A DNA stretch of 61,100 bases, counting the filler, from Syncephalis fuscata S228 (Eukaryota; Fungi; Zoopagomycota), in NCBI GenBank assembly GCA_025786725.1. It is 3 parts of 3 records of this genome, joined end to end, with 100 filler letters (N's around TTAATTAATTAA, not from the genome) between each part and the next. Parts side by side here need not be neighbours in the genome. Positions count along the whole stretch, not along the records: positions 39,025 to 61,100 come from JAHLTZ010000146.1; 2 more parts are not named here. One strand, given 5' to 3'. The translations under genes and the position numbers were made by a program. Under the pieces are notes generated by a model. That model had not been told where the DNA came from, searched no databases, and saw only the letters and a program-made list of their open reading frames with translations. Of this stretch, positions 49,193 through 61,100 are shown piece by piece (within the stretch, counting starts at the first letter, position 1; every line of letters starts with the position of its first letter).

Positions 49193-52100
49193 TTATACAT
49201 CTTTCGATTCAACTGCCTCTTCTTGAATAGACGGGACACGTTGCATTTCAGGCGATTGTGCTATCGTAGCATTAGCCGGTAATTGACCATCTGTAGGGTG
49301 GCATTCTTCAATTCTCAATGCTTCAGTGCCGCTCCCTCCTTCTTCTTCTTGTTGTTGTTGTTCACGTACTATTTGATAAAGTTGATTAATTGTTTCAACG
49401 CAATGCGTAGCCTCGTTGCGTGTATGGAATAGGAATACCCAATAGCCTGCTCTGTCCATCATGCCTTCATCGTCCACTTCTTCTTTATTGTCAATTCGGT
49501 AGTCTAATCGTACGCTACATGACCAACTCGCTGCCGTATAACCTTCATGCGCTTGTTCATCGACCAGCGCTGCACTCCATCCAACACGAGCATAAGTTAG
49601 TTTACTAATATTTAATAAAGGCACTTTTTTGAATGCTTCAAAACGAGGCACCACTGTCGACATTTTATCACCTTGAACAGGTGTTTTATGGTAGTTGCCA
49701 AGCACAGAGTGTGCATCATCAATCGATGGTGGCCATACATCAAATCGCTCTGTTGTGATATATAGATGCTGTAAAGTGGCCACTAGTGTACACGATCGAA
49801 TACATTTATCTTGTGGCGATACCCAAGCCGTTAACCAAATGGGCTCGGGCAACGTTTCAATTAAATTCTCTTCAAAGGCCATTGTTATAGCATCAGATTC
49901 TTCAGGTGTCCAAATGGTCTGTGCCAAACATTCACGCCATAGTTTTGTATCATGTCGAACAAGTTTGTCAAATGATTTACTTTCTCCATCATTTTGCTGC
50001 TGTTGTTGTTGTGTAGTCCATTCAAATTTATGTTGAAGTAAATCTAATATTTCATCACAACGTTCAATATCCCGTATAAATATAGCAATGGATCGTTGAT
50101 CTTCACTACTACTACTACCACCACTGCTACTATTATTATTATTACTGCTATTATCTTGATCACTTTTTGTGGTTGGTGGCTGTAAGTGGAACGTTAGTGA
50201 TTGCTGTCGAGGACCAACATCGATATGTGCCAATTGATTAGGGGTTATTTTACGTAGAATATGCAAATATTGCTCTGGCCTGCCTTCAGCCACCTTGTTA
50301 GTAACACCAAGTAGATTAGGTGCTACTACCGGTGCACTATTTGGACTAGAGGCAGTAGAGTCTCGTTGCCATGAAAATGGATTATAAATGGAGGCTGCCG
50401 CCGCCACTGCTGCCACACCACCCGTTAATGGACGGCACAGTTCAACTAGATAGAAGGCCTTGGTTGACAGTGCCAAATAAACGGGTCGTTCAACTGGGCA
50501 ATGCGTTGGTACATTATTAGACGGTTCACCTCGTACACGTGTCCATCGAGCTGCTGCTGATGCAATAGATACATTGGGTGGGGCCTGTATAATAAATGAA
50601 CATGGTATCCACGTCAATAGATTCTCGCTATCATCTTCAAATACGCTAAGATGAAAATGAAGACGTAGCGAATTGGAATTCGTTTGATAGGGTGGCAATA
50701 TCGGCTGATAACCAAGCAATGAAGTAAATACATTTTCATGAGGTACAGCCGCCACTTCTGCTACCCGTCCAGCTAACCGCGACCATCCAGATAGATGCGA
50801 AGGTGGCGTTAACGACGACGACGACGATAATACAGGACTATTGGCCGAATCTGATGGATCTTTATAATGGCCACCAAGATTTAAAAATGTATCCATTTTA
50901 GGCCACGAAGGACTGACCGATGACATTAACGATGCCAATAAACTAGAATCAGTATTACTGGAAAGCTTATCAGCCGAACTAGACAATCCTGCCTCATTAA
51001 CATTAGACGTATTAGTGTCATGCTTGTTATCGCTTTGTGGCCTATTTGTATTGGCCGTATTACTATTGGCTGGTGAATTGTCAAAGAATTCAACTAGGAA
51101 TGTACCGCGGCACTGTGGACATTGTTTATCTTCAATAATTCCTGATAACCGATTTGCTTCATCAGTGGTTATGTTATTCAACTCATTAGCCATGCCGGTT
51201 AAATCATGTTCATGAATACCAATCCATTGACAACTTAGACATTTGGATTGTTTGCACACTTTGTGTACATAGCCGCCTTCCCAATTAGACTTGTAGGTAT
51301 GTTCAAATACAGACATTAACTGATCGGCCGCTTTGCTATCCATAATACGATAACGCACGGTAATAATTGGAGCAGTTTTTGTTGCTTTAAATCGCAGTTG
51401 AAGTAGTGTGGCACCGGCCCGGTCAGTACCTGCACGGGCCACGTAAATAAGCGTATTCAAACGTCGACGGGCCATTAACTTTTCACCATCTAAATTGATT
51501 TCAAGTAATGCTGGATCATTTTTAGTCTCTACCATTAATTGACGCGACTCAAACGGTACTCTAGAGGCACGCCGATGTAATTTAGCGACTGTTTCTTGTA
51601 CTTGAGCAATAATGGTTTGTGTATCAGCAGTTAATAGTGGCTTGCCTTCATTTAATGCTGATGTCGGTGTACTGGTCGTCAATGATATAATCGGTATAGG
51701 CTTAAATGTATGACTGTCCGACAGAGACCGTTTCATATCCGTGCTATTTTCAGACGTTAATGAAGAGTCATTAAGTAGCAGATCGTCCTTTGATAAACGG
51801 CGTTCAGATGGACTAGTATCATCTTCTTTATCGTCACTAGTGTTATTGCTACTGTTTGATGCCTGTGCTCGCTGCAATCGACTTGCTCTAATACCCGCCA
51901 ATGTAATCATTGGTTTAGATGCTGTAGAACTACTTAGTAAATGTTCATTCTGATCATCTCGTATTAATGGATCCACTGATTCACGCCGTCTTGCATTAGG
52001 TGTGGGCGATGCTCGTTCACGATACTGAATTTCATTATAAACCCGAAGCCAGGTTGAACCAGCCTCATTACGCATCGCTTCAATACGGCGCCTAAACTCA

Positions 52101-54390
52101 TCACCGGGACGTCCTTGAGGTGGTGAAGACGTATTTACTTGATGCTGTGACGCTTGTCGATAATTAACCATACTTGAAGGTGAGGCAGCTCTAAGATTAT
52201 CTACAGTCGCTCGTCGTTGTCGATGACGAGGTGTATTAATTCCCTTGGTGGGTGTAGCAAGTCCTTCAGATACTGATGCTTCAAGGCCAATTACTCGATG
52301 AACACGTCGAGTCTTGCTGTTATTACTACTACCACTATCAGGTCTAGTAGTAGTAGTAGGACTAGGTACGGTATCCATATCTACCGGTGATTCATGGGGA
52401 TCAATCATAATCATGCTATCCGATATGGTTGTGCCTTGAACATCATCTGTATTTACATCATGTTCATTGTTAGGCCATTCAGCCGTCGATGTCTGACTAT
52501 TATCCAATGATTCCCATCGATCACTGTCTAATGGTAGACTGGAACCGGTTAAATCGCGCGATAATCGACCATCTGGATTATAGGCATCATATGAATTGGG
52601 ACGTGAACGATTAGGCGAGACTAGAATGCCTAATCCTGTGCTATCACTGCTTTCTCTCTTTAATCCTTCTTCTTGCTGTGATAATGCCACTAATCGAGTA
52701 GGCTTTCGCCGTGGTTTACTTCGTGGTGAGACAGGCGATGGACTAGATGCTGCACCAACTTGAGTGGCTATAATAGCAGCTGGAATAGCTTCAACGGCAT
52801 CTGCAGGTCGGTTCTTCATTTGACGTCGTTCTATAAACGATGGCGTAGCACCGTCAAGATAGAGTTGTGCACCACCATATAATAATGAAAATATAGTAAC
52901 TCGATAATATGGCTATATCATATATCATATATCATATATAGTATATAGTATATAATACATTATTAATTAATATATACTACATTAGCAATTACTTACTATT
53001 TTGACTAATGGATTGCCCTCTACTTGTAAATGCGATAAATGTAATAGACTAGACAGTCTATTCACTTCGTGTGGATCTTGAATACGGTTATGACTAATAT
53101 CCAGTCGTTCCAATCGAGGCAATTGTTCCAAACCCGCAATGGATTGTAATTGATTCGAGGCCAGTGACAACTGTACTAGTGTAGGCAATAATTCACCCAC
53201 ACCAGTTAATGATTCAATCTTGTTATGAGATAAATCAAGACTGCGTAATTGACCCAAATCCTTTAACGATAATGGCACTGTTGTAAAAAGATTACGCGAT
53301 AGATTCAATTCCATACAATGTCGAACATATAGAAATGGATGATCAGGAATATCTGTTAATGAATTGTTCATTAAATCAAGAGCAATCAACCGTGGCCACA
53401 CTTCCATCGGCGATAATTGACACAGTGCTTCTAGATCCTCTATAGTATATAAATGAGTAACTTATACATATATACATATAAATAAATATAAATTAATTTA
53501 CCTTGTGTAGATACTGCATTTTCACCTTCACTTTCCTTGTTCTTTTCATGTCGCTCATTCATCATACGTTGATGCATTTCAAGTTGTAATGTTTTTAATA
53601 ACAAATCCTCAACCTTATTTAATCGACCACGACAACCTACACGTTCTAGTTGTGATTGTAGTCGCATCCATCCAGTTAAGGCTAATGGCGATATTTTAAC
53701 CACTTCCAGTTGTCGTATATTACTAAATGCTCCCAGTGATACTTGAATACCTTCTGGTCGATCTGTACCATCATCTGCATCTAATATACGACGTTTACCA
53801 AATGGGCCAATACGTACAGCGGCAATTTGTTGCATACATTGATGAATAAATCGTACATCTTCTTCGACGGTTGTATGAGGTGCTTCATTCGCCTTATTAC
53901 TATTACTGCCCGTGGATGACCATCGAGCAAACCCAGTAAGGAGAGTCATCGCTGTTGATGCCACTGATCGATGTGACGCTACTGATACAATAGAGGGCGG
54001 TTTTACTGCCCGTTGTAAGCTTGCTACGGCAGCTGAAGCAGTATTTGTCGTATCTTTATTCTGTCCTAGTGTTGCTGACTTCGTCATCTGACCTTGTGCC
54101 TCAATGTTAGACTCAATGACGTCATCCTCCCATTCCAATATAGCAAGTCCAAGCTCTTCAAAACGAGCATTTAAATAAAATAGATGCCATGGATCGACAA
54201 TAAACGGTGTCAAGTTATTATTGTTAACACTACTACTACTGCCACTGCCACTGCCATTGCTATAGCCTAGCCATGATACAAGAATATTGGTGGCAGTAGA
54301 GGCATTGGACGGATGATGACTCCAGGTCGACTCATGACTACGCATGTAAGCAGACAGCGTCCGTATAAACTGGTCACCCGTAACGTGCAT
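49193..54390 (-). CDS. Large leucine-rich-repeat protein (nischarin/STK11IP-like), three exons
   Basis: LRRs LxxLDLSHNxI in 52982-53407; CxxC...CPxC pair; ORFs joined by GT-AG introns at about 53501-53440 and 53002-52913. Confidence 0.7.
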
Positions 54391-54732
54391 TCCTCTAGTT
54401 ATCACGTATTCAGTCTGATGAAACTAGACCACTGCCACAACACCACAAATATTATCAAGTTATACAAAAAAGCGGGAAATAAGAGAAAGAGAAACGGATA
54501 TACGAATAAATAATGATCAAAGGATAATTCATTACATCATTTATTACTATATAATCGTTGTTATTATTATTATTATTGTTATTATTATAGTTACTAATCA
54601 CCAATCACTAATTATTTATATTTTATTACTTATCATTATTAGCACTTTTAATTAATTGGTTGGTATTATTGTTACAATGCCAATCTTTTATAATAAAACT
54701 AAAACAAACTAAACATTATTTATAATAAAAAT

Positions 54733-57700
54733 TCAAGTCCGTCGATTGGAATAATTGACTGATGGTGATGCGGACGAAGAAGAAGCAGAAGTAGAAGGGT
54801 GCGGATGAGGGGAAGGCAGTGAATAGCCAGAAAAGCTTGTAGGCGTAGAAGCACTATTGCTATTATACCGTACAGTTGTTCTATAATCATTGTTATTACT
54901 ATTACTACCACCACCACTAACCATAATCACTTCATCTAGACTAGACCGACTAGTATTACCACTATAATTGGCCGTATTATAACCATGTTGATAGTGTTGA
55001 TAGGTGGATAGACGAGGAGATCCATTACTACCAACACTATAGTGAGACTGATGTGATGGGTGATAATGATGTGATGGAGATGCCTGTTGTTGTTGTGGTG
55101 GTGGTGGTGGATTCACATTATAGAACTGATGTCGTCCTTCCATTATAATAGATCCAGGTGCTGTATTGGATGCAGATACAACAGGTGCCGATGGACGACG
55201 ATGACGCCATGCTGTTCTATCAGATACACTGCCATTAGTATATCCACTATTACCATTCATTGAAGTAGGTAATGGTGGATATTGACGACTATGATTACTA
55301 AATGTCTCTTCTCTATAACCTTGATACCAGTCCCGTGGCATCATTTGGGCATAATGTCCTCCTCCACCATTATAATTGGTCGGTAATGGCGGTGGAGGCT
55401 GTACTTGATAGTGTTGTTGTTGTAGTTGTTGTTGCAGCGTTGACTGTACCTCTAATGAATGTCCCATCGATAAACTACGTCCTTTACGATATGCTAATCG
55501 AGAAGAAGAGGAAGAAGAGCTAGTGGAAGGAGATCGAGGTGTTTGAGTAGTAGAAATAGCCGAAGAAGAAGAAGAATGTGGCGGTGGCGGTAATGGTAAC
55601 TGCGATATAGATGAATAATGATAATGCGAAGAAGAGGAAGAAAGAGGCGGCGGTGGATAGTGTGCATGATTCGTTGTAGAGATGACAAGTGTAGGCGATG
55701 CGGCGACCTTATTTCGTGTGGCCTTTATAGATCTACCATGATTACTATTACTACCACTATAATGACTGCCTACATTGTTATTACTACCATGACTGTTATG
55801 ACTCACGTCGCCATGACCAGCACTGGGATCTTCACTAACGGTCTTTAACGGCCGCTGTTGTTGTTGTTGCGGTGTCTGTGTCTGTGTCTGTGTCGTCAGT
55901 GATAAAGGAAGAGGCGGTGGAGGCGGCATACTATGGTAGTGTCCATTACCCGTACCAGGCGACATTAATCTTCGCTGTGGTGACTTAGTAGGCAATGGAG
56001 GAGAATGAATCTCCATTGATCTATAATTAGAAGTAGCACCTGTTGTAGTATTTGTATGAATAGGCGGTGGAGGCAATTGCCGTGGAGACATACGTGCAGT
56101 AAGACGTGATACTACCGCAGGTGACTCTTCCATCATACTATTATTACCTGTAGATGTATTCAATATACTCATTTGACTAGATGGACGAGAATATCGACGT
56201 TCTTCAGGAGAGAATGGAGAAGAAGAGGTTGGATAACCTGAAGATGGCTGTGATCGATGTTGTTGTTGTTGTTGTGAATAACTATGAGTGGATGTTGTAT
56301 GATACGGTAAAGATAGATCAATTTCCATAGGCGCTGCCGTTGAATGATTGGATGGCCATCGAGGTGATGATTGCATTGCCGCATTTGTCTCATCCAATGT
56401 CGATCTACGAGAAGTGGCCGGTGATAATTGTGGTGATGATGTTGATGATGTCATCGTTTCATCTAATTGAGATCGACGTGATAATGATTGTTTTAATCTT
56501 ATTGATCGTGATTTACGCTCCTCTGTGTTACCATTTCCAGTAACAGGCGATGGATGAGATTTACTCGATAAACTAGGCGTATTTGTATTTATACTGCTAT
56601 TACCGCTACTACCAGCACTGTTATTACTATGATGGTTTAGTTGAGTCGTATATCGTCTATTCTCTTCTTTACACTGTCTTTGTTGTTGCCCCTCCAAGCC
56701 AGGTGAAGCAGTAGACGGATAGTGTTGTTGTCCTCCACTGACTTGTCGTCTCATACCTGGTGAATCAGGTGAGGCAGGAGGCCGACTTGATTTAGACTGA
56801 AGAGAATATCGATTGGAACGTGACCGAAGTATCGACTCTTGTCCATGTCCTGTACTATAAGAATGAGTATGGCTCATTGTAGGTGTAGTGGGCGTTATCT
56901 TGCCCATAGACATATTATTAGTATTTGAGGTGGAATAACCAGCTCTAGTAGATAATGGCGGTGTTGATTTATCATCAAATCCTTGTTGGTTATAAGAATA
57001 AGTAGATACTGGTGGTGGTGGCAATGGTGGCAATGGTGGATAGGTAACTGTATTGGACATGTTAGCTGTTGTTACAGCCATTGCGCTATTGTTACTTGAA
57101 TCCATTTCCATCATAACTGATTCTTGAATAGGAGCAATAGAATGAGTAGGTAGCTTTGATGAAGATGAAGATGAAGATGGCAATGGTGGTAGAGTTGGTC
57201 GAGAAGTATCAACACCTAGAATATCATTTTGTTGATGGGTTGAAAACGTCGCTCTTCTATCACGATATTTACGCAATAAAGTGCTATTTTCAATGCTATC
57301 ATGACTAGTTGATCCACTTGTATTAACATCATTATCGGGTACTAATGTCGATGTGTTTGTATTCGTATTCATATTCGTATCCGTGCTATGATCATTGTTA
57401 CTAATATTGGCCTCATTAGTCTGTTGTTGTTGTTGTTGTTGTTGTTGTTGACTATTTGTTTGATTGCGTCCATATCGGCCATCAACTCGTACATCCATCA
57501 ACATATCATCAGTTAAAGTGCTATTTGTTTCTGTAGTTGAGGCAATTGAATTACTTGCTGAGTGATGAAAGTTAGTCGATTCCCTTTGTTGATGATGTTG
57601 TTGTTGTTGTTGCATCTCTCGCTTCTTTTGTTCAATCTCTTCATTAACAGAGGCTAGCTGATTAATACTCTTTGGTACATTGGACACATTAGATCCACTA

Positions 57701-60515
57701 ACAGTTGATGAACGTGTTCTTCTGCCTAGTGATCCTGATCGATGAGTGGTCGTTTCAGTCAAATGAGTGGCATTGGCTGTGGCAGATGGAATCTGGCCTG
57801 TAGACTGACTATTGCCACTTTGATGATTGACTGTATCAGTATGAGCGGATGCTGTAGTTACAGACTGGTTATTACTATTACTATTATTGCCATCAGTATT
57901 ACTATCCGATGTATTGGTAGTAGTATTGGTGGTATTGGTGGTCGTTTTACTAGTAGTGGATGTATTCGTTGATCCTTGTCCTGAAGTAGTATTGGTATTC
58001 TTGACAGAACGAGGAATATTCATAGGTGGAACAAATTTACCAGTAAATTTCTCTCCTAATATAAATGGATGTAAACGGGCCTGTTGTGGTGACCAGCGTT
58101 CAAATGGATTTAGATTAAGTAGACCTTGTAGGAAATCAATAAAGGCCAGTCGATTAAGTTTTTCTATTCATTATAATTAATTAATTAATTATGTTATGTA
58201 TAAATATTTGTTTTTGTTATTTACCTCGTTCCATTTCTTTGGCACTTAGATTCTTGCGTATAACCGGATATGTCATAATAATCTCTGGCAAGGTAGTTGA
58301 TTGAAAATAGCGTTTGGATGGCTTTTCTACAACATTGCGTTCAGCCATATATCGTTCCATACTCTTTAATTGATAACGAGGCCGTCCTTTCTCCTCAGCC
58401 ACACGATCAAAAAACTGTGGAGAAGCCTTGCCAAATTCAATCAATTTTGATGGTGGCATACTAAAAGTAAATATGTTATTAGTATTAATAGTACCATATT
58501 AATACATTTGATCATTTAGATCATCTACTTACCCAAGCATTTCGATAATACGTGACAATTGGTTATACTCGGAACTGCCGGGGAATATTGGAAGACCAAG
58601 GAATAATTCGGCGGCAATACAGCCAAGTGACCACATATCAATGGCTGATGAATAACTAAAAGTTGAATAGATGGTTGGTATGCATTAAATAACGATTAAT
58701 GTATTGTATCAATTGAATAGCTACTTACGGCAAGCCTAACAGCACTTCAGGACTACGATAGAAGCGTGACTGAATATAAGTGTAGATGGTTTTTGTGTTC
58801 ATGACAAGCAGAGCCGAAATCAATTACTTTGATTGTAGGTGATTGTAAACTATATTAATAGTGCAATATATTCATTGTTAGTCCAATGGCTTTGAATAAT
58901 ATTTGATAGCTTACTTTTTTCAACAATACGTTCTCAGGCTTTAAATCGCAATGAATAATACGTGCCTCGTTAAGAACTACTAAAGAATCAAGCATTTGTG
59001 AGGTAAATACTCGGACCAGATTGGTAGATAAACCTCTAAATTGATTCTGTTTGATTAATTCGTATAGATTGACGGCCATTAGTTCAAAAGCCAGACATAA
59101 ATGTCCACGATGTGTAAAATGGTCTAGTAACCGTAAAATATGATGTTCATCATTGGGATCGTGCTGATTGTTCAACTATAGTCATTATATCATTCTACTG
59201 ATTAGTATTGAATACACGTCTATTTACTAATAGCTTACCAAATCAAGAATCGCCACTTCCATTAAACTTTGGTGATGGTATGCTGGCTTATTCTTGATTA
59301 CTTTAATAGCCACATATTCTCCATTTTTAATATTCTGACATTTAACTACTTGGCCAAATGTGCCCTGTCCCAGCATATCAAGAATACGATACCTGCGATT
59401 AATTAAGTAATTAATTACTATAACCAATCATTATACATTTGTATGTACTTACTTGTGTCGTTCTTCAGATCCAAGATAATCATTAACACATAAAATATAA
59501 TCGCCGTCTTCGTTATCGTAGCCGTCGTTCTTTACTCCTTTCGAAGGTTTAGTAAGCACGCGACGTGGATTATGGGATGCTTCGTAAACGAAATTTGGAT
59601 TGCATCGGTTATATAACGGCGTGATATTCATAGTAATTGCATGCAGTGGCTAAAAGAAGAGAACAGCATCAATACGTGTATTTTGTATAGTACAAATACT
59701 GCATATACTTACATTAACAGCTACAGCGTCATCGAGTGTTATCCGGCATTTCGACGACAAACCGACCTGCGGTGGTTGTTCCATTTTATTCTGTGCACGA
59801 CAAAATGCCGAACCTGGATGCATTGCCACTGCTCCATTTGGCATCGTCGTAATACCAGATGAATTTGATCCAGTATATTGGATATGTGTTGTAGGAAAAG
59901 TGCCATGACTTCCTGTGCCTATAATATGGTTAATATAATTAATATTGTTATGTATGCTAACAAAACGTAATTATAATACAACGTACCATAAACATTCTGC
60001 TGCGACGAGTTGGATGATGTAGTTGCCATCATAATGGCTGCAGAAGATGACGACGATGGTGTCAAGGATGCAGATGAAGATAATGATGGTGGAATTACGG
60101 AAGACTGTTGTTGTTGTTGTGAAAGCAATAAATGAGAAGCCGTAGCAGTAGAAGAATAATCTGAAGTGGAAGAAGTGCCAATAGCTGGTTGACTCGAGTG
60201 ATTCTGCGAATAATATTGCTGTCCCGTTGACGCTCCCATAGGTTGCATTGTAGACGACTGTTGTTGTTGCCGATAAAGCGATGAAGACGATTCATAAGAC
60301 GATGATATACTACGTGCCGATCGAGGTGATTGTGAACCAGCGTAGGAAAGCGCTCCCATTCCCGGTGACTGCATACTGTTTAAGGTATGGCTATGGCTAT
60401 TGTTACTATGGGATGACTGCGAAGGAGCGGTTGGAGATAGCGGTGAACCTGCAATAGAAACACCGTGTCGCGATTCACGACGAGACCGGGAAGCTAATGT
60501 AGTTGCCGAACTCAT
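54733..60515 (-). CDS. YAK1: DYRK-family kinase Yak1 with long low-complexity N- and C-terminal regions, multi-exon
   Basis: [77 protein letters not shown]. Confidence 0.92.
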
Positions 60516-60714
60516 CGCGTAAAAATAGATGAGTGGTAAAGATGAAACAGGTGGTAGCCAATTGTCAATGTTGCAGTAGCATACAATGCTCAACACTAAA
60601 CTATGTCCTCACTCACCACACGCACAATTGTTACACACACACACACTAAATATTGAATAAAAGCGATAATAATAGTGTGTGTATGTAGTTTGATGTGTAT
60701 TATAGTGTGGAGGT

Positions 60715-60908
60715 GGTGCTACTGCTACTGTTACTGTTGTTATTGTTATGGTCGTTGTTGTTGTTGCTACTGCTGCTGCTTCCGTCGTCGTTGTTGTTGC
60801 TGTTGTTGCTATTGCTGTTGTTGCAACTATTGTTAACGATAATAGTGGTAATAGCAGTAGTAACGGCAGCAATGGGCAGTAATAGTAGTAATAGTAGTAA
60901 TAGTAGCT
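60715..60908. repeat. Degenerate trinucleotide (GTT/GCT/AGT) low-complexity tract upstream of YAK1
   Basis: Runs of gtt, gct and agt triplets. Confidence 0.8.
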
Positions 60909-61100
60909 TGCGTATGTAGAGAAAGAAAGGATGACGAGCGAATAGAGAAAGAGACAAAGACACGATTCAATAGTCGTCTCGCTTAAGCTACTATAACTTC
61001 AACTGCAACAACAATAATAATAATAAAACAAACAACAAAAAACGTTACTGAGGCGCGTGTCAAAATCAGGCCAGTAGGCCCATACACTAACCGCGCGCAC

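Noticed and set aside
54720-58180. Antisense and alternate-frame ORFs over the YAK1 tail (and similar shadows over other genes)
   Set aside because: By-products of low-complexity Ser/Gln/Asn/Pro codon repeats on the coding strand.
60609-60963. Poly-Leu/Thr/Asn ORFs resembling signal-peptide proteins
   Set aside because: Translations of a trinucleotide microsatellite tract.

Overview
AT-rich eukaryotic DNA with short GT-AG introns, most likely an early-diverging fungus. The intron style and the signal-peptide kinase suggest a Zoopagomycota mycoparasite such as Syncephalis, which is an inference. Housekeeping genes: GCP4, IMP3, DPH3, GET3, class II DAHP synthase, XRCC2, an Aa_trans transporter, ERT1/AcuK, two tandem P450s, an LRR protein and YAK1. 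These are interleaved with accessory DNA. Main discovery: the 81-bp tandem repeat at 3967-5365 is, on the minus strand, a chain of spliceosomal introns (GTAAGT...YAG) separated by thirteen 3-nt microexons. It lies downstream of a signal-peptide exon ending in a dibasic RR. Full inclusion spells MKLSIAVVCTVVVAIVASTAMVDAKPALVRR-DPCDPFHPCTS*. Every exon skip keeps the frame but rewrites junction codons, so this is a candidate combinatorial secreted-peptide generator. Also found: a tRNA-derived SINE with a 15-bp TSD inside that gene, three decayed Fanzor (eukaryotic TnpB-like) elements with a conserved putative omegaRNA/right end, a secreted protein kinase, a cluster of paralogous secreted proteins, a 401-bp near-perfect inverted repeat, and a mosaic P450 pair. 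Two 100-bp scaffold gaps carry an artificial linker, and several single-base indels look like sequencing errors.
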